Positions 18,615 through 26,701 are shown, counted from the stretch's first letter. The stretch: 64,000 nucleotides of DNA from an uncultured Lachnospiraceae bacterium (GCA_902778165.1 CACYWQ010000009.1:13781-77780), one strand, 5' to 3'. Notes: generated by a model from the letters alone, not told the origin. Numbers and translations: made by a program.

Positions 18615-20119
18615 TGATACCTATCAATATTTACACTCTGACAAGATTGGATGATACGTATAATCAGGAGAGACTTGAGCGACAGTTATCGTCAAGGAGT
18701 CGATTTCTTAAGGTTAAGGACTGGGAGATTAAGGGACTTAGGACTTTAAGCGAGCGCCTCTGCGATGTTATGGATAACGCCATATCGCTTAAGTTTTTCT
18801 ATTCTTTCACCATGCCCAAACTCGGCAAGGAATTCGATCTGTTAAGAATAAGTGATGACGCTGTGGTCAATATAGAACTTAAAAGCGGAATCGTCTCAGA
18901 TGAGGTTATCAAGAGACAGCTGACCCAGAACAGATATTATCTCTCAACCCTTGACCGTACGATGTATTCATATACATATATAAGTGAAGCGGACAGACTG
19001 GTAAGACTTACCGGAGGCGGAAGAATAATCGATTCAACATGGGAAGAACTTGCCGATGTGCTTAATAAGCAGCAGAACTGCTATGAGGGGCATATAGAGG
19101 AACTATTCAGGGAAGACAGATATTTGATTTCTCCCCTTACGGATCCGTTAAGATTCTTAAGAGGTGATTATTTCTTAACAGCACAGCAGAGAGATATAAG
19201 AAATCAAATACTTAAAGATATAACAGAGAAACCCGGAGTCATAAGAAGGAAGGCTGCGATACACGGATTCACGGGTCTTCCCGGTACAGGCAAGACGATC
19301 CTTCTGTACGATATTGCCATGCAGTTATCGGAATCATACAGAGTATGTATCCTGCATTTCGGCTCGCATGAGAAAGAACTGGAGCATCTGGATGAACGGC
19401 TTAAGCGGATCGATTTCTATTATTGCGATGCGAACGCTCATATCGATCTGCCCGGTGAATATTCGGCAATCCTTGTGGATGAAGGACACAGGTTAAGCGC
19501 CATGAATGTCCATGAGATCATGGAATGGTCGAAACGGGATAATATCCCCGTTGTGATCTCGTATGACAGAGAGGATACCATCGCATATGAGGAGCGCAAT
19601 CATGACGGCTCAGAACTTATAGAGAAACTTCCGGGCTTTAACGGATATAAGCTTACCAACAGGATAAGACTTAACAGCGAACTGTCGGCATTTATAGCCA
19701 AGCTTATGTTTATGGGAAGCAACCACAGAAAAGAATTTCCCTCCGTCTCTGTCGCCTATTCATCGAATGATTCAGAGACCGAGACTTTGGTGTCTGATTA
19801 TATAAGCCAGGGATATATTTATATTTATGACAATTCGATCAATCATATGGCTGTGACAGGCGAAGGATTCATGGAAGTAAGTGAAGCCACATGCAGAGAA
19901 TTTGACAGAGTGGTTATGCTTATAGACGGTTCATTTGCATATGATGAAAACGGATATCTAAGAAGCGTATTCGCAGACTGCCCGGTTGTAAGAGATTTAT
20001 TTCACGGACTCTCAAGAGCCAAGAATAAGATTGCCGTTATAGTACAGAATAATAAGGATGTACTAAACGGGATACTGACCATCCTGCAGGGAGATTATAA
20101 CAAACAAAAAAGAGGATGA
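18614..20119 (+). CDS. PD-(D/E)xK (NERD-like) N-terminal domain fused to a DUF2075/SF1-like P-loop ATPase
   Basis: FDLLRISDDAVVNIELKS fits a D...ExK core. Walker A GLPGTGKT, Walker B-like ILVDEGHRL, C-terminal FDRVVMLID. The start is coupled to the hslO stop (TAATG). Confidence 0.55.
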   Translation: MIPINIYTLTRLDDTYNQERLERQLSSRSRFLKVKDWEIKGLRTLSERLCDVMDNAISLKFFYSFTMPKLGKEFDLLRISDDAVVNIELKSGIVSDEVIKRQLTQNRYYLSTLDRTMYSYTYISEADRLVRLTGGGRIIDSTWEELADVLNKQQNCYEGHIEELFREDRYLISPLTDPLRFLRGDYFLTAQQRDIRNQILKDITEKPGVIRRKAAIHGFTGLPGTGKTILLYDIAMQLSESYRVCILHFGSHEKELEHLDERLKRIDFYYCDANAHIDLPGEYSAILVDEGHRLSAMNVHEIMEWSKRDNIPVVISYDREDTIAYEERNHDGSELIEKLPGFNGYKLTNRIRLNSELSAFIAKLMFMGSNHRKEFPSVSVAYSSNDSETETLVSDYISQGYIYIYDNSINHMAVTGEGFMEVSEATCREFDRVVMLIDGSFAYDENGYLRSVFADCPVVRDLFHGLSRAKNKIAVIVQNNKDVLNGILTILQGDYNKQKRG

Positions 20120-20148
20120 CTGATAGTGTTCAGCCATCCTCTTTAATT
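20106..20148. terminator. bidirectional rho-independent terminator between convergent genes
   Basis: Stem AAAGAGGATG / CATCCTCTTT, with an A-run on the 5' side and T-rich sequence on the 3' side. Confidence 0.7.
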
Positions 20149-20156
20149 TGTTATGA

Positions 20157-20399
20157 TTATTCCGTTGCGCCGCTTGTCATGAAGTTGATGAATCTGATTG
20201 TGTCATCGGGATCATATACAACAAGCTCCATCTCGGGAATCTTATCGTCTGCAAAAACCTTGGCAAGTGATACATACTGTGAGAGCTTAGACTTAAGATT
20301 GAGTCTGTCACCTTCGTCTGTTACAAGTTCTACCTTGCCCTTGCAGTGATCTACTACCTTGAAAAATCCTTCAATGTCTGTTACGTTCTGAATCTTCAT
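20157..20399 (-). CDS. small hypothetical protein (80 aa)
   Basis: Strong GGAGGT RBS (reverse complement of ACCTCC at about 20408). No recognised motif. Confidence 0.6.
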   Translation of the reverse strand: MKIQNVTDIEGFFKVVDHCKGKVELVTDEGDRLNLKSKLSQYVSLAKVFADDKIPEMELVVYDPDDTIRFINFMTSGATE

Positions 20400-20506
20400 A
20401 TTGTTTACCTCCTCTGTCGCCTCTTCCTGACGACGAATCTTATCTTTCCGTTACGCCTTCATTATATATCCAAATAAATAATATACAAGCCACACCTTAT
20501 ACAAAA

Positions 20507-20536
20507 TGCACAAAAATAGATGTGCAAAATTGTGCA
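20507..20536. promoter_or_regulatory. candidate operator: TGCACA-N8-TGTGCA palindrome plus a third TGTGCA
   Basis: TGCACA at 20507-20512, TGTGCA at 20521-20526 and 20531-20536, in the divergent intergenic region. Confidence 0.3.
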
Positions 20537-20558
20537 ATATTACCAAAGGAGGCAAATT

Positions 20559-20627
20559 ATGAAAAAGATGTTAGACTTATTTAAGCGTTTATTTATCTAT
20601 ATTAAAGGTACTATTGTGGTATACTGA
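20559..20627 (+). CDS. candidate 22-aa small ORF (MKKMLDLFKRLFIYIKGTIVVY)
   Basis: Canonical AAAGGAGG, 6-nt spacer, then ATG. Not in the ORF track because it is under 60 aa. Confidence 0.3.
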   Translation: MKKMLDLFKRLFIYIKGTIVVY

Positions 20628-20663
20628 TAGTGTGTCTGTAGTTCGTATAGAGAGGGTTGAATT

Positions 20664-21575
20664 ATGAGAGATTTAGTAATAATCGGCGCAGGTCCTGCAG
20701 GACTGTCAGCCGGAATATACGGCAAAAGAGCCGGACTAGATACACTTATCATAGAAGAAAGCGGAATAGGCGGTGGCCAGGTGTTAACCACCTATGATGT
20801 TGACAATTATCCGGGAATGCCCGGAATAAGCGGCATGGAACTTGGTACCAAGATGCATGAACATGCGATTGCAGAAGGTGTTGAATTCTTGGAGGCTGCC
20901 GTTACCGGCATTGAGGTTGCGGGTAATACTAAGCGAATTAAGACTTCGAAAGAAGAGATTGAGGCCAAGGTCGTGATCATAGCGACCGGTGCGGTTCACA
21001 ACCACTTGGGAATTCCCGGTGAAGAAGAACTTGCGGGTATGGGCGTTTCTTATTGTGCTACCTGTGACGGTGCTTTCTTCAGAAACAGAGTTACTGCGGT
21101 CATAGGCGGTGGTGACGTGGCACTTGAAGATGCGATATTCTTAGCAAGAGGTTGTACCAAGGTATATCTCATTCACAGAAGAGATGAATTCAGAGGTGCT
21201 AAGAAGCTTGTTGATGTAGTCAAGAATACGGCCAATATCGAGATTTTGTATGATACGATTCCGGATTCCGTTACAGGAAGCGATGCCGTAGAAGCACTTA
21301 ATGTTCACAATGTCAAAACAAATGAGACTAAGACTCTTGCCGTTGACGGTGTATTCATCGCCGTTGGCACTCATCCAGTGACAGAGTACCTTAAGGGTGT
21401 CGTAGATATGGATGAGAAAGGATATATCCGTGCCGGAGAAGACTGTGCCACGAATGTTCCGGGCGTATATGCGGCCGGTGATGTACGCACCAAGGCGTTA
21501 AGACAGATAGTAACTGCGGCTTCTGACGGAGCCAATGCCGTTACATCGGCAACGGGATATATTAACAGTCTCTAA
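20664..21575 (+). CDS. trxB: thioredoxin-disulfide reductase
   Basis: GAGPAGLSAGIY FAD site, redox-active CATCDG, GGGDVALEDA NADPH site. Confidence 0.93.
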   Translation: MRDLVIIGAGPAGLSAGIYGKRAGLDTLIIEESGIGGGQVLTTYDVDNYPGMPGISGMELGTKMHEHAIAEGVEFLEAAVTGIEVAGNTKRIKTSKEEIEAKVVIIATGAVHNHLGIPGEEELAGMGVSYCATCDGAFFRNRVTAVIGGGDVALEDAIFLARGCTKVYLIHRRDEFRGAKKLVDVVKNTANIEILYDTIPDSVTGSDAVEALNVHNVKTNETKTLAVDGVFIAVGTHPVTEYLKGVVDMDEKGYIRAGEDCATNVPGVYAAGDVRTKALRQIVTAASDGANAVTSATGYINSL

Positions 21576-21595
21576 GTTATTAAGCGGAGTAGAGT

Positions 21596-22315
21596 ATGAG
21601 CAAGACGGTAATGATTACCGGAGCCTCGAGAGGAATAGGAGAGGCTATTGCAAGAAGATTTGCTGCGGCCGGATATGACCTTATACTTACATGCCTTAAC
21701 AGTACAGACAGGATGGAGGATCTTGCCTTAGAGCTTAGAACCAATCATCAGGTGTCCGTCAGATGTTTTAAGGCAGATATGGGAGATGAAGAGTCAGTTG
21801 CGGATATTTTTGCACAGATAGACAGTGTGGATATTCTTATCAATAACGCAGGCATATCTTACGTGGGTCTGCTACAGGATATGAGCAGTGACGAATGGCG
21901 AAAAGTTATGTCTACTAACTTAGACAGCGTCTTCTATACCAGCAGACATGCTATTAAGCGCATGATATATAACCACGAGGGAAGAATCATCAATATCTCT
22001 TCAATGTGGGGCAATGTCGGGGCATCAACGGAAGTTGCATATTCTGCCTCAAAGGGCGGAGTTAACGCATTTACCAAGGCTTTAGCCAAGGAGCTAAGCC
22101 CCAGCAACATACAGGTTAATGCGATAGCCTGCGGGGTTATTGATACGGATATGAATTCTCATTTAAGCGAAGCGGAGAGAGAGGAATTGACGGAGCAGAT
22201 TCCTGCGGGAAGATACGGAGAACCCGCTGAAGTAGCGGAACTGGCTTATATGTTGGCCACGGCGCCGACATATTTGACAGGTCAGATTGTAACAATGGAC
22301 GGAGGTATGTTATAG
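21596..22315 (+). CDS. SDR family oxidoreductase (FabG-like)
   Basis: TGASRGIG, NNAG and YSASK motifs. Confidence 0.85.
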   Translation: MSKTVMITGASRGIGEAIARRFAAAGYDLILTCLNSTDRMEDLALELRTNHQVSVRCFKADMGDEESVADIFAQIDSVDILINNAGISYVGLLQDMSSDEWRKVMSTNLDSVFYTSRHAIKRMIYNHEGRIINISSMWGNVGASTEVAYSASKGGVNAFTKALAKELSPSNIQVNAIACGVIDTDMNSHLSEAEREELTEQIPAGRYGEPAEVAELAYMLATAPTYLTGQIVTMDGGML

Positions 22316-22337
22316 ACATACCTCTTTCTTTTTATTT
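22301..22337 (+). terminator. rho-independent terminator
   Basis: Stem GGAGGTATGT / ACATACCTC overlapping the stop codon, then TTTCTTTTTATTT. Confidence 0.7.
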
Positions 22338-22416
22338 CAGGCTCTTTCGGACCTTTGGGTTAACATAATGCCCAATATACGCATATCGAGTTGACATAAT
22401 GTACTATATATAGCGG

Positions 22417-22445
22417 TTGACAATAACTAAAAATAGTGGTATATT
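22417..22445 (+). promoter_or_regulatory. extended -10 promoter candidate
   Basis: TTGACA, 17-nt spacer, TGgTATATT. It is preceded by two copies of GTTRACATAATG (22359-22370 and 22390-22401). Confidence 0.5.
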
Positions 22446-22462
22446 TGTTAAGGATTTGTAAC
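22446..22462 (+). promoter_or_regulatory. WalR-type direct repeat TGTTAA-N5-TGTAAC
   Basis: Exact match to the TGTWAH-N5-TGTWAH pattern, located between the -10 element and the NlpC/P60 gene. Confidence 0.35.
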
Positions 22463-22490
22463 AAACTGATTCAATAGGCGTAGAAAAGGT

Positions 22491-23798
22491 ATGAACAGGA
22501 ACAGAACAGGAATTGCCACTTATGTCGCTATCGGTATAATGGCAACGGGGCTTGCGGTACTGGCACCGGTTATGGATGTACATGCAACGACCCTGTCAAA
22601 CCAACTTCCTTCAGCAGGTTTTTCGATAGCCGTAGATGAGGGCACATCCGTTAAGGATGTTAAGGAAGAGGTCAAAGGCATTGTTGCAACTCCTTCGGTA
22701 AGCGTCGTTGAGACGGAGAGTAAGGAGAATCAGTCTGAAGAGGCTACGGCAACAGAGGAAGCCAACAAGGTGACCGTTGAGAAGACCATAGACTTTGATA
22801 AGGAAGTGGTTGATGCGGTTGTAAGGACTCCCGGAGACATGATTGCGGACGATGCAAGAGAAGATTTCAGTAATCTTGTTATTGCGCAGGTCACCAATTA
22901 CGTCAATGTCAGAGATCTTCCCGATGAGAATGAAGGTAAGGTAGTCGGTAAGCTGTACGACAAGTCGGTGGGTGAGTTCATCGAGGAGAAGGACGGTTGG
23001 TACAAAATAGAATCCGGCAGTTGTACGGGTTGGGTCAAAGGTGAATTCTGTGTCACCGGTGACGAAGCCGTGGAACTTGCCAAAGAGGTGGGAACACTTC
23101 TTGCAAGAGTCAATACTACGACACTTAAGGTTAGGGAAGAGCCCGGACTTGATACAACGGTTCTCGGACTTGTACCCATAGATGATGAACTTTTGGTTGT
23201 TGAAGAACTCGACGGCTGGATCAAGGTGGATATCGAGGAAGGTTTCGGATTTGTCTCTGATGAATATGTAGACCTCCACACCGAATTCGTCAAGGCTGAG
23301 TCTAAGGAAGAAGAAGAAATCAGACTTGCGAAAGAGAAAGCAGAGAGAGACAAGGCCAACGCGGCAGCCAGAGCGGCAAGAGCCAACCAGGGCGGTGGCG
23401 GCGGTTCTTCATCATACATTCCCGACAATCCGATTACACATGTCAGCGGAAGCGGTTCGGGAGCGGCTGTATGTAATTACGCATTACAGTTCGTCGGCAA
23501 TCCTTATGTATACGGCGGATCATCGCTTACACACGGTACAGACTGTTCGGGATTCGTAATGAGCGTATACGGCAACTTCGGTGTCGGACTTCCTCATTCA
23601 TCAGCGGCAGACAGATCGGTTGGATATGATGTCGGCGGAATTGCCAATGCACAGCCCGGTGATATTGTATGTTACTCAGGTCACGTGGCAATCTATATCG
23701 GTAACGGTCAGATCGTACATGCATCTACAGCTAAGACCGGTATCATTGTATCGAGTGCAACATATCGTACACCGCTTTGTGTAAGAAGAATATTCTAA
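22491..23798 (+). CDS. NlpC/P60 (C40) peptidoglycan hydrolase with SH3b domains
   Basis: Signal peptide and two SH3b-like segments (VNVRDLPDENEGKVVGKLY..GWYKI; LKVREEPGLDTTVLG..GWIKV). C-terminal catalytic GTDCSGFV...GHVAIYIGNGQIVHAS. Confidence 0.9.
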   Translation: MNRNRTGIATYVAIGIMATGLAVLAPVMDVHATTLSNQLPSAGFSIAVDEGTSVKDVKEEVKGIVATPSVSVVETESKENQSEEATATEEANKVTVEKTIDFDKEVVDAVVRTPGDMIADDAREDFSNLVIAQVTNYVNVRDLPDENEGKVVGKLYDKSVGEFIEEKDGWYKIESGSCTGWVKGEFCVTGDEAVELAKEVGTLLARVNTTTLKVREEPGLDTTVLGLVPIDDELLVVEELDGWIKVDIEEGFGFVSDEYVDLHTEFVKAESKEEEEIRLAKEKAERDKANAAARAARANQGGGGGSSSYIPDNPITHVSGSGSGAAVCNYALQFVGNPYVYGGSSLTHGTDCSGFVMSVYGNFGVGLPHSSAADRSVGYDVGGIANAQPGDIVCYSGHVAIYIGNGQIVHASTAKTGIIVSSATYRTPLCVRRIF

Positions 23799-23814
23799 GA
23801 CGAAATAAGATCAC

Positions 23815-23847
23815 GGAGTCATTCAGAAATGAATGGCTCCTTTTTTA
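23815..23847 (+). terminator. rho-independent terminator
   Basis: Stem GGAGTCATTC / GAATGGCTCC followed by TTTTTT. Confidence 0.7.
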
Positions 23848-23995
23848 TATCCGGGAATAACGCATCCGGGATAAAAATCGGCGGAAATGTCAGACTATTT
23901 ATTTTTCATACATTATTGTTGACAGTAAGGGCATTATTGATTTTGACGAAAACGGCTGATGACTGTGGTAGTCAATCGGTCAATTTAGGGGTCAC

Positions 23996-24092
23996 TTATC
24001 CACATACGCAAAAGGAAAATATGCCTTTTATACGACTTATTCGCCTACTTATCCACATTATGCACGGGTGTCAGGTCAAAATAGGTGGATAA
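23996..24092. promoter_or_regulatory. DnaA-box cluster (two perfect boxes and one with a single mismatch)
   Basis: TTATCCACA at 23996-24004 and 24049-24057. GGTGGATAA (reverse complement TTATCCACC) at 24084-24092. Confidence 0.6.
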
Positions 24093-24336
24093 TTATGGTA
24101 AACTATCGAAACTGTGTTTTGGCATAGGTGCACAAAAGAATAAAAATAAAGGCGAATTTATTCAAAATATAAAGACGAAAAATTTTGTTTGAAGAAATAA
24201 ATTGTCAGAAAATTTATAATTTGTTAAGTAGACACACAAACCTTCCGTATGGTAAAATAAACTAACGTCGGAAGAGGTTATTACATACGTAATTGCGTGT
24301 AATCCGATGAATCTGAATAAGAAGGGACTGATCAGT

Positions 24337-24864
24337 ATGAAATTTATCATCAGCGGCAAGAACATTGACGTAACAGACGGATTAAGGAGTGCAGTTCAGG
24401 ACAAGATAGGGAAGTTAGAGAAGTATTTCACGCCGGAGACGGAAGTACACGTAACACTCAGTGTTGAGAAGGATCGTCAGAAGATAGAGGTGACGATACC
24501 GGTTAAGGGAACAGTTATCAGGTCTGAGCAGGTCAGCAACGATATGTATGTATCGATTGACCTTGTAGAGGAGATAATCGAGAGACAGCTTAAGAAGTAT
24601 AAGAACAAGATAGTCGACAGACATCAGAGCGGTGACTACTTCAAACAGGAATTCATCGAGAAGGATTATGTCGATGAAGAAGAAGTACAGATAGTCAGAA
24701 GTAAGAAGTTCGACATCAAGCCCATGTATGCAGAAGATGCATGTGTACAGATGGAGCTCACGGGACACAATTTCTTCGTATTCGTCAATGCCGAGACAGA
24801 TCAGGTCAATGTCGTATACAAGAGAAAGGGCAATACCTATGGACTCATCGAGCCCGAGTACTAG
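24337..24864 (+). CDS. hpf: ribosome hibernation-promoting factor, long form
   Basis: MKFIISGKNIDVTDGLR S30AE-type N-terminus. Long-form C-terminal domain FFVFVNAETDQVNVVYKRKGNTYGLIEP. Confidence 0.9.
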   Translation: MKFIISGKNIDVTDGLRSAVQDKIGKLEKYFTPETEVHVTLSVEKDRQKIEVTIPVKGTVIRSEQVSNDMYVSIDLVEEIIERQLKKYKNKIVDRHQSGDYFKQEFIEKDYVDEEEVQIVRSKKFDIKPMYAEDACVQMELTGHNFFVFVNAETDQVNVVYKRKGNTYGLIEPEY

Positions 24865-24904
24865 AACAGGATACAGAATTAAGTTTTATGATGCCCTGCC
24901 GCTT

Positions 24905-26665
24905 ATGACGGCAGGGCTTATTCTTGTGCTCTATGCACTGGCATTTCTCGACGCGATGGAGTATGTTTGGCTGATCCTTGCAGGCATTATACTCTGCGCC
25001 TTTATTCGCTTCTTATATATATTTAAGGGAAAAAGATCGGCGATTGACATATCAGATGTGGTTTATTCGCTTATTCCGAGGGCGGACACCGCAGTCGCAT
25101 TTGTTTTTTTCATAGTTATGTGTGTGACGGTGGCTTTGCTTACATCCGGTCATGCGGTTAAATGGTGGGATGATCTTAATTTCTGGGCTACGGATGCCAA
25201 GGCTTTATATTATCTTAACGGATTTACGGGCAAATACGGCAATGTAGCTCCGGAATTCGGTGACTATCCGCCTGCGATTCAGATCGCAAAGTGGTGTGCG
25301 CTTAAGGTATCCCCGAATGAATACAGAGAAGGTTATGCTTTCGTGGGCTACAGCCTTATGAATATGATATTCCTTCTTCCGCTTATGAAGGTAAGTGATA
25401 AGGTTGCTTCTTATATTAATAAGAATAAGATTGTGAATGCATTCATCCACATCATATGGATGACGGTGATAATGCTGATTCCGGGTATTGTTAACGACGT
25501 GTGGAGTTACGGTGCCTGTGCCGATGTCACTATGGGTATTGTATACGGCGCCATGCTTATGGCGATATATGAGACTCTTGATAGTGAAGGCGGAAGGATA
25601 AATAAGGCTGCGTATTTAAAGATCGCTCTGTACGGTTCGGTCACGGCATTATGTAAGAATACCGGATTTATGTGGGTTACGTTTGCGTTAATCTTATTGA
25701 TCATGCTTGCGATAAGAACAGGCAAATATACTAAATATGCGGTCTTAACCGCTCTGTCGGTATACCTGGTTCAGGGAAGCTGGTGGGCCAATTGCATCAT
25801 CAACAGGCGAATTGCCAAACTTACGGGTGCGCTTGCTCGTACCGCAACAGGAGGAATGACTATGCCTGATGATGCTTCGGATAAACTTAGATACTATCTG
25901 CTTGGACTTATCAAAGAACCTATGCATACTGCGCATACGGCGGTGATTGATATGTCGGCGTTTGTGATGTTTATTATCCTTATATGTATAAGTGTTGCGG
26001 CGATAATGATTGTAAGGACCAACAAGACCGAGAGTCACAGAACTTATATATATAAAGTAATCACAGGCTATACGATCATAACCGGAATAGCCATATATGT
26101 GATAGTGCTTCTAAGCCATATGAGCATATTTGCTACAGAGACCCAGTACGGTTCATCTGAGGTAATGGCGATATCCATATCAAGATACGGTGCTCCTTTC
26201 ACCATAGGAACATTCATGTTGTTAGTGAGTGTCATATTCGGAAGGAAGCTTACTGACAGAAGTGTCATAATATCGTTTGCAGTCGCTGTTTTACTGATTG
26301 TTCTGACTACGGACTATCCGGCATATGCATATATGCTTAAGGGGTATGAGGCGGATAAAGAGACAGACCTTGCTGCCAGAGCGGAAATGATTGACCAGGA
26401 AGGTCAGCAGTACATAGATTACCTAAATTCACTGTCTGATGAAGAGTATAGCGCCGTCAAAGGACACAGAGTCTTATTCTTAAGAGACGGCAGTCGCATT
26501 CACTGGGTCAACGATACCTATATTAATTATGAAGTTGCACCGATTGCAACGGTATATGCAAGTTACGATGAAAGCGTAAGTGAGGATGAGTTAAGAGATA
26601 TTATTAATACATCGCATGCGGAATATGTATACAGAGACGGTGGTCTTAGTAAGGTAACAAAGTAA
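24905..26665 (+). CDS. large polytopic membrane protein, possible GT-C-fold glycosyltransferase
   Basis: At least 10 hydrophobic helices. An early loop carries WWDDLNFW. Soluble C-terminal domain of about 110 aa. This is the first ATG after the hpf stop; the start is uncertain because the frame is open from 24728. Confidence 0.5.
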   Translation: MTAGLILVLYALAFLDAMEYVWLILAGIILCAFIRFLYIFKGKRSAIDISDVVYSLIPRADTAVAFVFFIVMCVTVALLTSGHAVKWWDDLNFWATDAKALYYLNGFTGKYGNVAPEFGDYPPAIQIAKWCALKVSPNEYREGYAFVGYSLMNMIFLLPLMKVSDKVASYINKNKIVNAFIHIIWMTVIMLIPGIVNDVWSYGACADVTMGIVYGAMLMAIYETLDSEGGRINKAAYLKIALYGSVTALCKNTGFMWVTFALILLIMLAIRTGKYTKYAVLTALSVYLVQGSWWANCIINRRIAKLTGALARTATGGMTMPDDASDKLRYYLLGLIKEPMHTAHTAVIDMSAFVMFIILICISVAAIMIVRTNKTESHRTYIYKVITGYTIITGIAIYVIVLLSHMSIFATETQYGSSEVMAISISRYGAPFTIGTFMLLVSVIFGRKLTDRSVIISFAVAVLLIVLTTDYPAYAYMLKGYEADKETDLAARAEMIDQEGQQYIDYLNSLSDEEYSAVKGHRVLFLRDGSRIHWVNDTYINYEVAPIATVYASYDESVSEDELRDIINTSHAEYVYRDGGLSKVTK

Positions 26666-26701
26666 GCATGTTTTGCAAACAGTGTTTTGATATGATATAT
26701 T

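Noticed and set aside
22340-22490. A c-di-AMP (ydaO-type) riboswitch, often found upstream of NlpC/P60 genes.
   Set aside because: The leader between the predicted promoter and the ATG is only about 45 nt, and I saw none of the conserved ydaO elements.
22611-23428. Two long minus-strand ORFs (222 and 176 aa).
   Set aside because: Both are antisense to the NlpC/P60 gene, whose SH3b and catalytic motifs are unambiguous. They are low-complexity shadow frames.
23829-24092. An 87-aa + strand ORF covering the DnaA-box region.
   Set aside because: It has no RBS and its composition is not protein-like. It spans exactly the non-coding DnaA-box cluster and starts inside the upstream terminator tail, so I treat it as non-coding.
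23996-24232. Reading the DnaA boxes plus AT-rich tract as the chromosomal origin (oriC).
   Set aside because: There is no dnaA, dnaN or rpmH nearby. Coding-strand bias is + on both sides, and a switch would be expected at an origin. Three boxes is few for a Firmicute oriC. I keep it as a secondary DnaA-binding cluster pending whole-genome skew analysis.
24728-24904. An upstream extension of the membrane-protein ORF overlapping the hpf 3' end.
   Set aside because: The extension is an alternative frame of the conserved hpf C-terminal domain, with no ATG or RBS. A non-ATG start after 24864 cannot be fully excluded.
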